Source of the DNA: Convolutriloba macropyga
Taxonomy: Eukaryota
DNA: 64,000 nt
Direction of reading: 5' to 3'
NCBI RefSeq assembly: GCF_964194025.1
Contig: NC_134474.1
Location: 43,152,001-43,216,000 of the forward strand
Both the position numbers and the translations under genes were made by a program. Below, piece by piece: positions 47,591 to 58,926 of the stretch (positions are counted from its first letter, which is position 1; every line of letters begins with the position of its first letter). The notes under the pieces were generated by a model. That model was given only the letters and a program-made list of their open reading frames with translations, made no database searches and had not been told where the DNA came from.

Positions 47591-48627
47591 TTCAAAAGTT
47601 TATATTTCATCTGAAATGTTTTTATATGTTTATAATCACATAAGGTGACCAAAAGACAACTAGAAGATATCCAGCTGCCCACAGAGCACTATGAACCCGT
47701 GAACAACTTGATGACAGACCTTCTCCCATTGACAAAGAAATCCTGAGCAATCCATCCTCGCCAACTTGGCAACAACAAGAACGACAATCACAAACAGCGT
47801 CATCTACAAAACAACAACAAACCCACCAATCCGAACAACAGTTGCAGGAAACAATTAAATCACAGCCTTTTCGACCTTTGCCCAAAAACCCATTAGATGG
47901 TGGTTTACCGAAAGTAAAATTCTTCCCCCTGAAATATGCTCGCCTGGAAATCCAAAGACTAAGAGAGATGCTTCCACTTGACCAGAACCCGAAGTTTTTA
48001 ACTTCTCTAGATTGCTCACTAACAGCTGAGTACAACCATTTCGCCTCCCAGAAATGACAGTGATCCAAATCGTCAAAACGAATACCAAAATCCAAGTACC
48101 AACAGAATCCCTGACAGTGATTCCGAACATGTTCCTGATACCTACCTAAGGTTTTGGAGACTTAGGAATAGAACCGATCAGGATCGGAAATATGAAAAAG
48201 AGAACAAGGTTCTGAACACTCGTGTTGAAATACCATGCGAGCAAATAACTGCATTTCCAAGCAGTGATTCATCACAACCGGAGACTATTTTGAACGATCA
48301 CCTCATTGTTGAAAATTCCAATTTCCGGCGTCAGCTTTGAGATTCAGAGTCCAATATTGCCGAAATACAGAGCAAACTCGACCGGTTGACAATTTCAAAA
48401 CAAACTGCCGTCACAAAAAGGAGGACCTGAGAATGCAATTAGTGATCTCATCACAAACTCTGAAGATCAGAGATCGTCAACAACAAGAGTTTTTACAGAA
48501 AGCAAATCAAATAATAGAATCAAATAAGCTTCTCGGACACCAGCTCAAGGAATTAAAAGATTTACAGAAAGTCTTTCCAGCAAAACTTGACAAAGACAAT
48601 TAAATTTTCATATTTTTATGTTCTTTT
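47587..48627 (+). repeat. Highly similar duplicate of 44254-45296
   Basis: Collinear 1.04-kb copy with scattered substitutions and 1-nt indels; both copies end at the same base before an N gap. Confidence 0.95.
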
Positions 48628-48861
48628 NNNNNNNNNNNNNNNNNNNNNNNNNNNNNNNNNNNNNNNNNNNNNNNNNNNNNNNNNNNNNNNNNNNNNNNNN
48701 NNNNNNNNNNNNNNNNNNNNNNNNNNNNNNNNNNNNNNNNNNNNNNNNNNNNNNNNNNNNNNNNNNNNNNNNNNNNNNNNNNNNNNNNNNNNNNNNNNNN
48801 NNNNNNNNNNNNNNNNNNNNNNNNNNNNNNNNNNNNNNNNNNNNNNNNNNNNNNNNNNNNN
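48628..48861. other. Assembly gap
   Basis: Run of N. Confidence 1.
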
Positions 48862-48940
48862 CCTCACCTCCACGTGGTGTCCCCTGGGGGTAGGTCATGT
48901 GCTGCGGCTCTCCGCTCACATGATCGAGCTAACGAGGCAC
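48862..48940 (+). ncRNA. HDV-like self-cleaving ribozyme (5' P1 strand lost in the gap)
   Basis: P2 CCTC/GAGG, P3 ACC/GGT with L3 TCCACGT, P1 3' strand GTCCCCT, P1.1 GG, P4 GGTCATGTG/CACATGATC with inner GCGG/CCGC, J4/2 GCTAAC. Confidence 0.8.
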
Positions 48941-51309
48941 TGGTCTTCTAGTTTGTGGCGCAACTAGTCGTATCTCAGCCTTCAAACACCAAAGCAATGA
49001 GTACATTCAACCATGGCCCCGAGTCCCGGGTAAGGGGTGCTAAGAATCTCCCGAGCAACCAACTCAGAATTGCAACTTTAAAAGTCAGAACACTGACCCA
49101 AGCCGGATCTTTAGAGGCTTTGAAAATGGATCTGGCGCAATACAAGTTGGATATTCTGGGAGTGCAGGAGACGAGATTGCAGGAGCAATAAATTGATCTC
49201 GGAGACCACAAGCTCTACCTGTCTGACTCGTGGTTGTCTGGTGTAAAGTCGAGACAAGGAGGAGTGGGCGTTGCTGTAAAGAAGTCATTGATAAACAGCA
49301 TCGTAGAACAAGTGGCTCTAAGTGAACGTATTTGCTACGTCAAATTCGCGGCTCGGAGGAGAGCCAATCTAGCTGTTGTTGTCTGCTACGCACCTACGAA
49401 TGAAGCTAGTCTCCAAGAGAAGGATGAAGGATTTGTTTTGGAGTCAACTTTCAGACCTAGTTTCCAGCTTCAAACATAGGGAGCGTATTTGTGTCATCGG
49501 TGACCTCAATGCAGAGCCTGGACACCAGTTGAATGACACCATGAGCTGCAGAGGGCCGTTTGGAATGGGTGAAGAAAATGAAAACTCGGAAAAGTTGTTA
49601 TCATTTTGCACTTCACACAAATTGCTCGTAGGTGGTACATGGTTCCAGCATCGACAAGTGCATCGGTACACCTACAACCCTCCCGATCCGAGTTGTCGAA
49701 AAAAGATGCTGGATCACATTCTGTTTGCAGAGAGATACAGAGGATGTCTGACGAATGTGAGGACCAGAAGAGGGAAAACCACAATTACCGATCATGAACT
49801 GGTCATTGCGGAAGTATCTATGAAACTTTTGTCTAAAAAGCCATGTTTCACGCCCAGAATCAGTTCTGCAAAGCTGCAAGATGAAACAACGCGTGACTTA
49901 TTCACGCAGGAGGTCAAGTTACATCTTGATAAGAGCGGCGATTTCGAGAATACAGAGCAGTCTTGGGACAATTTTCGAAAAGCCCTGAACCAAGCAGCAG
50001 TGAAATGCCTCCTTCCGGACAAGCGAGTGAACAAACCTTGGATTTCTCCAGATTCTCTGGAACTTATCCGGAAACGAGCTGATCTACAGTTGAAGAAACA
50101 CAGCAGCGCGGTGGCGTTGTTAGAGTTCACAAACTGCTGTAAGGAAGTCAGAAAAGCTCTACGTGCAGACAAACGGGCATGGCTTGAACGCAAAGGCCAA
50201 GAAGTGCAGAGCTTATCGGACAGAGGCAACTTGAAGGAGGTTTTTGGGGCATCACAGCAGATTTGCCGAAACTGGAGTCCCCAGTTGACCAAATTAGTTT
50301 CAAGCACTGGCGTCAACTTACGGACGAAAGAGGAACGACTTGAACGCTGGACGGAACATTTTAGTCAACTCCTGAATCCCTCCCTCAACATCCAGTTGCA
50401 GTACGAGATTGGATCCCGAAGAAGCAGCTGAAAGCTTGTCGATTGACCTGAGCCCAATTCGTTTTGAGGAAGTGCTTGAAGCTGTCCGCAGGTTGAAGAA
50501 TGGCAAGGCAAGTGGACCCGATAACATTTCCTGTGAGATGTTGAAAGCACACAAGGGTATTGTCGAGTGGCTCTGGGACATCATAGATAAGTGTTGGTCG
50601 ACGGAAGTTCTGCCCGATGACTGGAAGGTAGCAGAAATTGTCCCATTATACAAGAGTGAAGGAAAGAGGTCAGAGTGTTCGAACCACCGAGGGATCTCTC
50701 TATTGTCAGTACTAGGCAAAGTGTTCGCTTCCGTTATTCTCAATCGATGCAAAGATTCAGTGGATCGCGTCTTAAGGGAAGAGCAGTGCCGCTTCAGAAA
50801 AAGCAGAGGATGCGCCGATCAACTCTTTGCCCTGCGTCAAATAATAGAGAAATCAATGGCGTTTCAATTGGATATTAGCTTTTGTTTCATAGACTTTCGA
50901 GCGGCATTCGATTCTGTCGATCGTGAGCAGATGTACCAGATAATGAAACACTATGGTCTTCCGCAAAAAGTGATAAACACCATAAGAAACAGCTATGATG
51001 GATTCAAATGTCGAGTCAAAGCCGAAGGTGAGAAAGGACGCTTATTTGATGTCAGAACGGGCGTTAGGCAGGGTGATGTGTGGTCCCCAATCCTATTCGG
51101 CCTTGTCATCAACTACATTTTGGCTAACTCGGTGCATGGAGGATTAGACATTGGGAGATTGGTGGCTGACTTAGATTTTGCTGATGATGTTGCTCTCGTG
51201 GGGGTCCCAGACAGTGAGGTGCAAGAAAACCTACATCGAATCGAGGCCCTTGCGGAAGCCGCTGGTCTGAAGATTAATGTGGCCAAAACAAAGAATATGG
51301 GCGTAGAAA
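48862..51309 (+). mobile_element. RTE-clade LINE: APE endonuclease plus RT in one frameshifted ORF, 3' truncated
   Basis: RIATLKVRTL, LGVQETR, CYAPTNE, IGDLNA, LDHIL, TDHELV; KASGPDNI, SNHRGISLLS, FIDFRAAFDSVDR, GVRQGDVWSP, LDFADD; no ORF1. Confidence 0.9.
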
Positions 51310-53335
51310 AATTAGTTTTCAAAGATTTTCGAGATAGAACACAGTAGGCTGACGGCACGGTAACATGATACGTCAGTTTTGTCAATATCTTTGAATAAAG
51401 GTATCACCTTGCTAATCTTCCATTCATCTGGATAGGTTACTTTGTTATGTAGTCTGTCTCGATTTTTCTCAAGGTCGTGTTGGTTTGTAATTACAACCTT
51501 AAAGTCATCTGCAAAGCCGTGACACGGATTTGTGACACAATTAGGCAAGTCATTAATAAAAATCAGAAGCAGAATTGGTCCCAACACTGAACCTTGCGGT
51601 GTACCACTAGAAACCACTAGAAACTGCTTTAAGGGATGACCCAGATGTGTTAATCTGTACGAATTGTCGCCTGTTTGTGAGATAGGAGTGAAGTAGCTTA
51701 AAAAAGTTTCCTCCAACACCAAGACGAGCAAGCTTTTCGTGGAGTCTTTCATGACAGACTTTATCGAAAGCCTTAGAGAAATCAAGATATAGTACTGCCA
51801 AATGTTTTTGGGATTCTGAGTCCTTCGGTTTGTAAATTTTAACAAGGAAAATCAAAAGTTGAAGTACTGTAGATCGATGTTTTTTGAAACCAAAGTGACT
51901 GGAGTGCAGATTATCTTTTGCAAAGAGATCGAGTGAATCAAAGATTAGTTTTCAAAGATTTTCGAGATAGAACACAGTAGGTTGATGGCACGGTAACATG
52001 AGACGTCAGTTTTATCAATATCTTTGAAGAAAGGGGTCACCTTGCTAATCTTCCATTCATCTGGATAGGTGCCTTTGTTATGTACTCTGTCTCGATTTTT
52101 CTCAAGGTCGTGTTGGTTTGTAATTACAACCCTAAAGTCATCTGCAAAGCCGTGACACGGATGTGTGACACAATTCGGCAAGCCATTGATAAAAATCAGA
52201 AGCAGAAGTGGTCCCAACACTGAAAATTAAGCTATACCACTAGAAACCACTAGCAACTGCTTTAAGGGATGACCTAGATGTGTTAATCTGTACGAGTTGT
52301 CGCCTGTTTGTGAGATAGGAATGAAGTAGCTAAAAAAGTTTCCTCCAACACCAAGACGAGCAAGCTTTTGTGGAGTCTTTCATGACAGACTTGATCGATG
52401 GCCTTAGAAAAATTAAGATATGGTACTGCCAAACGTTTTTCAGATTCTGAGTCCATCGGTTTGTAAATTTTATCAAGGAAAATCAAAAGTTGAAGTACTG
52501 TAGATCGATGTTTTCTGAAACCAAATTGACTGGAGTGGAGAATATGTTTTGCAAAGAGATCTAGTGACTCAAAGATTTGTTTTCAAAGATTTTTGAGATA
52601 GAACACAGTAGGCTGACGGCACGGTAAAATGAGACGTCAATTTTATCAATATCTTTGACGAAAAGGGTCACCTTGCTAATCTTCCATTCATCTGGATAGG
52701 TGCCTTTGTTATGTAGTCTGTCTCGATTTTTCTTAAGGTCGTGTTGGTTTGTAATTACAACCTGAAAGTCATCTGCCGTGACACGGATGTGTGACACGAT
52801 TCGGCAAGTCGTTGACAAAATCAGAAGCAGAAGTGGTCCCAACACTGAACCTTGCGGTATACCACTAGAAACCACTAGAAACTGCTTTAAAGGATGGCCT
52901 AGATGTGTTAATTTGTACGAATTGTCGCCTGTTTGTGACATAGGAGTGAAGTAGCTAAAAAAACTTCCTCCAACACCAAGACGAGCAAGCTTTTGTGGAG
53001 TCTTTCATGACAGATTTGATCGAGGGCAATAGAAAAATTAAGATATAGTACTGCCAAATGTTTTTCAGATTCTGAGTCCATCGGTTTGTAAATTTTATCA
53101 AGGAAAATCAAAAGTTGAAGTACTGTAGATCGATGTTTTCTGAAACCAAATTGACTGGAGTGGAGAATATGTTTTGCAAAGAGATCCAGTGAATCAAAGA
53201 TTAGTTTTCAAAGATTTTTGAGATAGAACACAGTCTGCTGATGGCACGGTAACATGAGACGTCAGTTTTATCAATATCTTTGAAGAAAGGGTCCCCTTGC
53301 TAATTTTCCGTTCATCTGGATAGGTGCCTTTGTTG
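51310..53335 (-). repeat. Tandem amplification of an approximately 630-bp CR1 RT segment (3 full copies plus 1 partial)
   Basis: Unit runs KGTYPDEWK...PQGSVLGP...ADD...RDRLHN and rejoins KGTYPDEWK at about 52710, 52080 and 51447. Confidence 0.92.
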
Positions 53336-54730
53336 CAACATGTCTGAAAGACAGGCTTCAGATTGCTTGATAGAGATTTGGCGCAGTTTTTCTGAATCAA
53401 GTTCCCAATTGCGTCATGGCTTCTGGCTTCGCTTTTTTTCAGACTGTTCAAAACAATTTCAATTGAGGTCTTCGATCTCTTTAGATTGTTTAGTTCACTC
53501 TTCGGCAGGCAGGTTTTGGTGGTGGAATAGCCTTCATTAAACACTTTCACAAAGTAAAGTTATTGTAAAGCGTAGACCTACCTGTCTCAGCCGATTGGTC
53601 TGCGCTTACTACACGAGTCGGGATAATAGGATTTTTTCTGATACTTGCCAAATACTTTTGTATGTGACTGAGGCACCTGGTCTGAAAAATCGTTGCTTCA
53701 AATATTTTTCAGTCATTATCTGCTGACATTTTAATTTTTCAAACTTTTTCATTTTGAGAAGTTGGCTCAGATTTTGTGTTACAAGTTTTCTTTTCAATGA
53801 ATTGAGCTTTTTTGTTTTAAGACATGTCTCCCTTGAGATCCAAGTTTTGAGAGATGATCTGTGTTTATCACACGTGGAACCAGTTTCTCAATTTTTTCTT
53901 TAATCCAGTTATACCACTGATACAGGAGAAAGTTTACATTGCTGTAACAGCACGGTGAAAAGGCGTAGACAAAATATTCTCGGTGAATTTAACATAGTCA
54001 ATTTCCTGAAAGATCTTTTTGCGGTTGTTTAAATTTGCCCCAATTGCAGAATGGTCCAAGCAGTTTTTATCATTGATTTGATATGCCTTGGTTAGCCTTC
54101 GGTCAACGGAGTTCTTGAGAAAAAGTTCCGGTTTGTTGGTCATCATCACGTCTAACTTACTGTCCGGTGGTTGGAGAAAGTTAACAAAACAATTTTCCGA
54201 TAGTTTGTCCATCAACGATTGCTCACAAGTGTTTCTACTAGTTTGGTTAGCCCAGTCACAACCCGAAATGTTCAAATCACCAGCTATGATCGTTTCCTGT
54301 GCGCCAATTGTTGTTTCATTTACATTTAACTCACTTAATAAAACGAAGAGGTCATCAATTTTCCAGCGGTTTGGACTGCCGGTGGGAGGGTTATAGATAC
54401 AAGAGAATTGCAAAACAGTTCCCGCTAAGTCAATGGTCACGCAAATAAAGTCGTCGTGAGCGACGTTAATTTTACAACGAGAGTGGTTGAGCTCATCCTT
54501 TACAGCGACGAGAACTCCCCCATGCTTTGTTTTGGCCACACTGTGGCGATCAGCTCTGTGAAATTCAGTTTTTTCGAGGAAAAGAGCTTCATCAGGAACA
54601 TGTGAGGTGAGCCACTTTTTTGTAAGAAATAAAATGTCATAACTAGAAGACATGAGAGCATTTGAGAGATCCTTTCGTCTTTCAAATTCGAGAACACTTG
54701 GAACATTAAACAGAAGCAGAGAAATTAAAA
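53194..54730 (-). pseudogene. CR1-type LINE ORF2, 5' part (APE endonuclease and start of RT)
   Basis: DILFLTKKWL, HRADR...HGGVLVAV, CIYNPP, IAGDLN, LDHSAI; downstream FQTCCNKGTYPD. Confidence 0.88.
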
Positions 54731-54739
54731 TTTTATGGG

Positions 54740-55570
54740 GGTTCTCAGAAACTGACTCTAGTGAGGCATCTGCTTGATAGACGTGCCATCCTGGAGAGTG
54801 AGTTTTCGCACTCGTTTTTCCTTTCTGTCTCGCCCTTGGGTGATGAGTTCTCTTCTGAGCTTGAGCACTTCGCGTTCTTTTATGAGATCTTCTCTTGACA
54901 ATTCAGGGCCGATGTAAATCGGATTCTCTTTAACTCCGTGTAGTTGAGAAATTTGTAGGCTGGTTTCAAAATTTCAGATTTGTCTAGCTCGTTATCCACG
55001 TTTATTATGATGGTTATTGCAGGCGTGCTTTCCGCGATTGAATTTACTTGGCTTTCTTTTAGGTTTGCACTTTTTTCCTGCCGTTGTTTCTTCCATATGC
55101 CCCACTCGTCGGAGCTTTGCAATCCTTTCTTTCACCTGTAAATGATCAAGGATTGATTGTCAACTACAGCTTGCCTATCCTGCTAAATTTGGTCCGCTGC
55201 CGTGCCTTGAGGTTCTGGGACACCCTTGATACGTATGCTCATTTTTTTCTTTTCAGATGTAGCGATACGTTTTCCCGGATTGTTCTGGCCGGTGGCCGCT
55301 GCATAAGACTTTTGTTTTTTCAGTTTCTTGACCTCTTTTTGCATTTCCTCAATTGCCTCAAACGATTTTGAGAGCTATGAGGTGAATTTATCAAATTTTT
55401 CTCTGTTTTGTATTTCTTTGCTGGTTATTTTTTCCTTCATTTCAGCTTTTCCAATCCTGTCAATTTGGTTGTCATTGACGCCTTCATTGCAGACATGCAG
55501 TATGTTTGCGGTGACATTTTCTTCGATCAAATCTATCAGGGCTTTCAAGTATATGGAATGTTGCTGAAGG
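54740..55570 (-). pseudogene. LINE ORF1 remnant (coiled coil, RRM-like region, C-terminal domain)
   Basis: EEMQKEVKKLKKQKSYAAAT; RIKGVPEP-like RRM start; IYIGPELSREDL...EREVLKLRRELI; immediately upstream of the APE domain. Confidence 0.7.
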
Positions 55571-55797
55571 GTACTAGGGAAAAAATTTCAGGCTGTTGCT
55601 TGCGTTGGATTCTGTGAAGAAACCTATGCAAGCGTATGCCTGTTTATTTCTAAGTTTAACTTTGCGTTGGATTCCGTAAAGAAACCTATGCTGTCAAACC
55701 TGAGCAGAAGTGGGTTGTCGTCCAAGGAGAGAGGCAGGGAGAGTGCTACCGTGGATCCTGAGAAGGATCCTATGGTATCACTACCCCTGATAGGACT

Positions 55798-56199
55798 TTA
55801 GGACTTGCACTTGCACTCCTGGTTGGTGTGGCACTCGTAAAAGGCAGGGTGACTTCCCTTCGCAACTTCAGGAGAGTATCGTTTCTTGTACAAAACACGA
55901 TTCTTGAGGATGGATTTAACTCCACTCAACGCATTTGGTGTCAGATGAATATGGTCGTTGCTCGAGACATCTCCTTCGCAGTAGATGTACCGGGAAATGC
56001 CTCTGTACCTCCACTTGGCCTTTTGGGATCTTTCAGCAAGGATCTTGTTGACCCTTGTGTGGCGCTGGAGCTGTTCTTCAGTTAGGTGCAATTCCTTTAT
56101 ATCTTTCACTGTCGGGAAGCGATGGGAGACAGCTAGCACGAACACGTCAGTGACACCGAAAAGTCTCTCTGCCAATTGGGTGATTCGATCAGCAAACAA
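55798..56199 (-). pseudogene. SGNH/GDSL esterase-like C-terminal fragment
   Basis: VFVLAVSHR...RVNKIL...NDHIHLT resembles SGNH blocks ending in the DxxH motif. Confidence 0.5.
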
Positions 56200-57040
56200 A
56201 ACCTTCTGTCACATAAATGTCACAAAACGCTGGTGAAATCGTTATCACTGCTCTGGAAACTGCTTGATCAATTTCCAGTACATCATAAGCAATGGCAACG
56301 AAGCTGAGTCTCAACAATTACCAAAGAAGGCAACAAGTCTGATGTACATTTACAAGCCAATTGGCCTATTCTCCCGTTGCTATAAAGTCTGAAAAGCCAA
56401 TTTCCCTTCAACTGTGCGCCTTTGTCATGAAAGCGCTCTAAGAGAATCGATTTGGATTCGGCAGAAAATTGCTCTGCAATACTTCAAATACTATTGGTTC
56501 TTGGCAGGATATAATCCAACAACCATTTTGAACGAAATAAACCAGTCGCAGTTTTCAAACTTGATTTCGCAAAATTATTCGATGGGGTACCACAGGCATG
56601 CTGATAAAGAACATTACACCAGCATGCTGGTGATTTCAAAATCATCAAACAAAACCAAGATGAAATGAATGGTGGTGTCAAAATGTAAAAAAAAACTGGA
56701 CAAAAGCGAAAGTCATGGCACACTTTCATACAAAGTGCACCATTAAACTATATTCATATTCTTAGTTCTTATTGGATTGAAATGTTGTTCAATTTCTAAC
56801 CTTTTTAGAATGTGATAGAATCTAATAATCTTATTGGATGATTTTGAAAATAATGTAAAGTAATTTAATATTAACTCACAAGAATTAGAAGAGGAATGAA
56901 TTGAAGTTAGCACGCTGAAGTTTTGTTGGGAAAAGCTGCTAAGAGAGACTCTACCATCCGAAGTATGCCATACACCTGAAATAATCAAATAGCTTTCATA
57001 AAATTCCTAGATGTTAATATAGTAAAGTTCAGACATTACT

Positions 57041-57051
57041 TGGTGACAGGA
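57041..57051 (+). promoter_or_regulatory. Putative primer-binding site of the third Gypsy element (tRNA-Leu-like)
   Basis: ...CATTACT|TGGTGACAGGA, about 760 bp upstream of gag; one mismatch to TGGTGTCAGGA. Confidence 0.5.
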
Positions 57052-57113
57052 AAAGAGCAGCCTATTATTAAAAAAAAAAGACAAGCAGTTAGAGTTAGAT
57101 TTTGAAATTAAAA

Positions 57114-57362
57114 ATGAATTTTAGAACCATTAACGTTAAGCACAAAAAACTAAAGGTCTCAGTTAATGGAAAAATTGGTAAACTACAATATTACGTCTTA
57201 AATAATTTACAAACAAACATTCATCTTGTCTATAGGAAACGAAACAAACTCCTGATTTACTTCTCAGATTTCAACTGCTCCGATTTTGATTATATTCTGG
57301 AAATGATCAAACAAGAAAAGAAAACACTCCTACTCATTGCTGATCAAAGGATAAAATTTTGA
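57114..57362 (+). CDS. Small ORF upstream of gag, unknown product
   Basis: Intact ATG-started 82-aa frame between the putative PBS and gag. Confidence 0.4.
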   Translation: MNFRTINVKHKKLKVSVNGKIGKLQYYVLNNLQTNIHLVYRKRNKLLIYFSDFNCSDFDYILEMIKQEKKTLLLIADQRIKF

Positions 57363-57484
57363 ATTCAAAGTTATTTCCTCAAAAACTTATTAAAAATTTA
57401 CATTACCCCTTTCATTTTAATTTTCTAAATCTACTTGAACTAAATAACATAAATTCAGAAAAATCAATACCGCTTTAATTTAAA

Positions 57485-57787
57485 ATGATTCCAAAATTAT
57501 CTGATTTACTTCTGGATAACACACAAGATTTGGATAATAATACCACCTACCCAATGAATTGTGTTCTGAAAATTAATCAAGAACTTTGTACTTTGTTATC
57601 AATTACATTCAACAAGGTTCTTTTTGTAATTACAATTATTTTTTCTCGCGATTTATTGAACGAAGAAATTATCTTTATTCATTCCCTTGATAAACCATCT
57701 TTCCTCTATCTTGCAATGTACTTTACAAACACAGAAATTATTCCTATCGACGATTTGGATCTCCAATATCTCCTCTTGCACAACTAA
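57485..57787 (+). CDS. Small ORF upstream of gag, unknown product
   Basis: Intact 100-aa frame with AAAATG context, ending 14 nt before the gag ATG. Confidence 0.45.
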   Translation: MIPKLSDLLLDNTQDLDNNTTYPMNCVLKINQELCTLLSITFNKVLFVITIIFSRDLLNEEIIFIHSLDKPSFLYLAMYFTNTEIIPIDDLDLQYLLLHN

Positions 57788-57801
57788 AACCTGAAAGCAA
57801 A

Positions 57802-58926
57802 ATGACGGACGTAGCAACGATGGCTAACGCCATCACAACAGCAATTCAAACTGGGTTGGCCGCAACACAGTCATCACAATCTGTTATTTTAAGTCCGTTT
57901 GAAGGAAAAGATACGGATGATTTCCGGACTTTCAAGGAACAGATTACAAGCTCGGTTGCCCTTGCTAATGTTCCAGAGGCATCAAAATTGGACTATCTAA
58001 AATTGCATTTGTCAGGTGGCGCTCTTGCTTATTATCTGGAACTTCCAAATACGTCCAGGAACACATTTGACAACGCCATCGGATCCTTGGAAACACGATA
58101 CTTGAGTCCTAACCGCATTGAACTCTTCAAACTCAAATTTCAAGAACGTAAGTATAATCAATCTCGAGAGTCAGCAGAAGATTATCTTACGGATATTACA
58201 CGTTTAGCCAACATTGCTTTTCCGGATGCAACAGGCGTTAACAGATCAGCTGAACGTACCCGCCGCATTCGAGATGCATTCATCAGTGGAATGCCAAATT
58301 CAATTAGACTGAAACTTTTGCTTGAACCTGACAATAAAACCGTTCAAGAATTATGCACATTTGTTTCAAAAAGACAAGCATTGCAAACCACCTTACCAGA
58401 TGAAGACGCCACAACTACAGCTTTCAACAACGTCGCTCCAGCTTCATCTCAGATGTCTGATGCATTGAATTCAATAGTAAATACCGAAATAGGAAATAAG
58501 GAATTGGAAATAAGGAATTGATTAGAAATAGGAAATAAGGAATTGATTAGAACACAGAAAGAAATGGGAAAGCAAATGCAACACATGAGCTCTGCTTTCG
58601 ACAGAAATCAGAACATCCGTGGTAATCGCCCATTTAATAACAATCGGGGCCATACGAGAGGGTATCAGCGCCCATCATTCAATCAGCCCAATACAAACAA
58701 TAATTTTGTCCGGGGTAACAATAATTATAGAGGGCAGTATACAAGCAACGGATATACAAGGGGGAGATACAATCAGATTCAAGGACGAAACAGAGGTTAT
58801 TTCAGAAATGTATTCTGTAATAACTGTGGTCAACCTGGTCACAAACGAGTTGATTGCTGGTATAAACCACAACCAGAACGAGGAACAAACATACCATTTG
58901 ACAAATATATTCCTCCAAAAAACTAA
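57802..58926 (+). pseudogene. gag of the third Gypsy element, broken by a short local duplication at about 58487-58550
   Basis: PFEGKD...LHLSGGALAYY...ESAEDYL capsid motifs; RG/N-rich region; CNNCGQPGHKRVDC zinc knuckle. Confidence 0.92.
58917..58923 (+). promoter_or_regulatory. -1 ribosomal frameshift slippery site A AAA AAC
   Basis: Heptamer sits directly before the gag stop; the -1 frame is open and in frame with pol ORF 58950. Confidence 0.8.

Noticed and set aside
45256-48967. Long poly-X ORFs in the ORF track
   Set aside because: Artefacts of translating N gaps.
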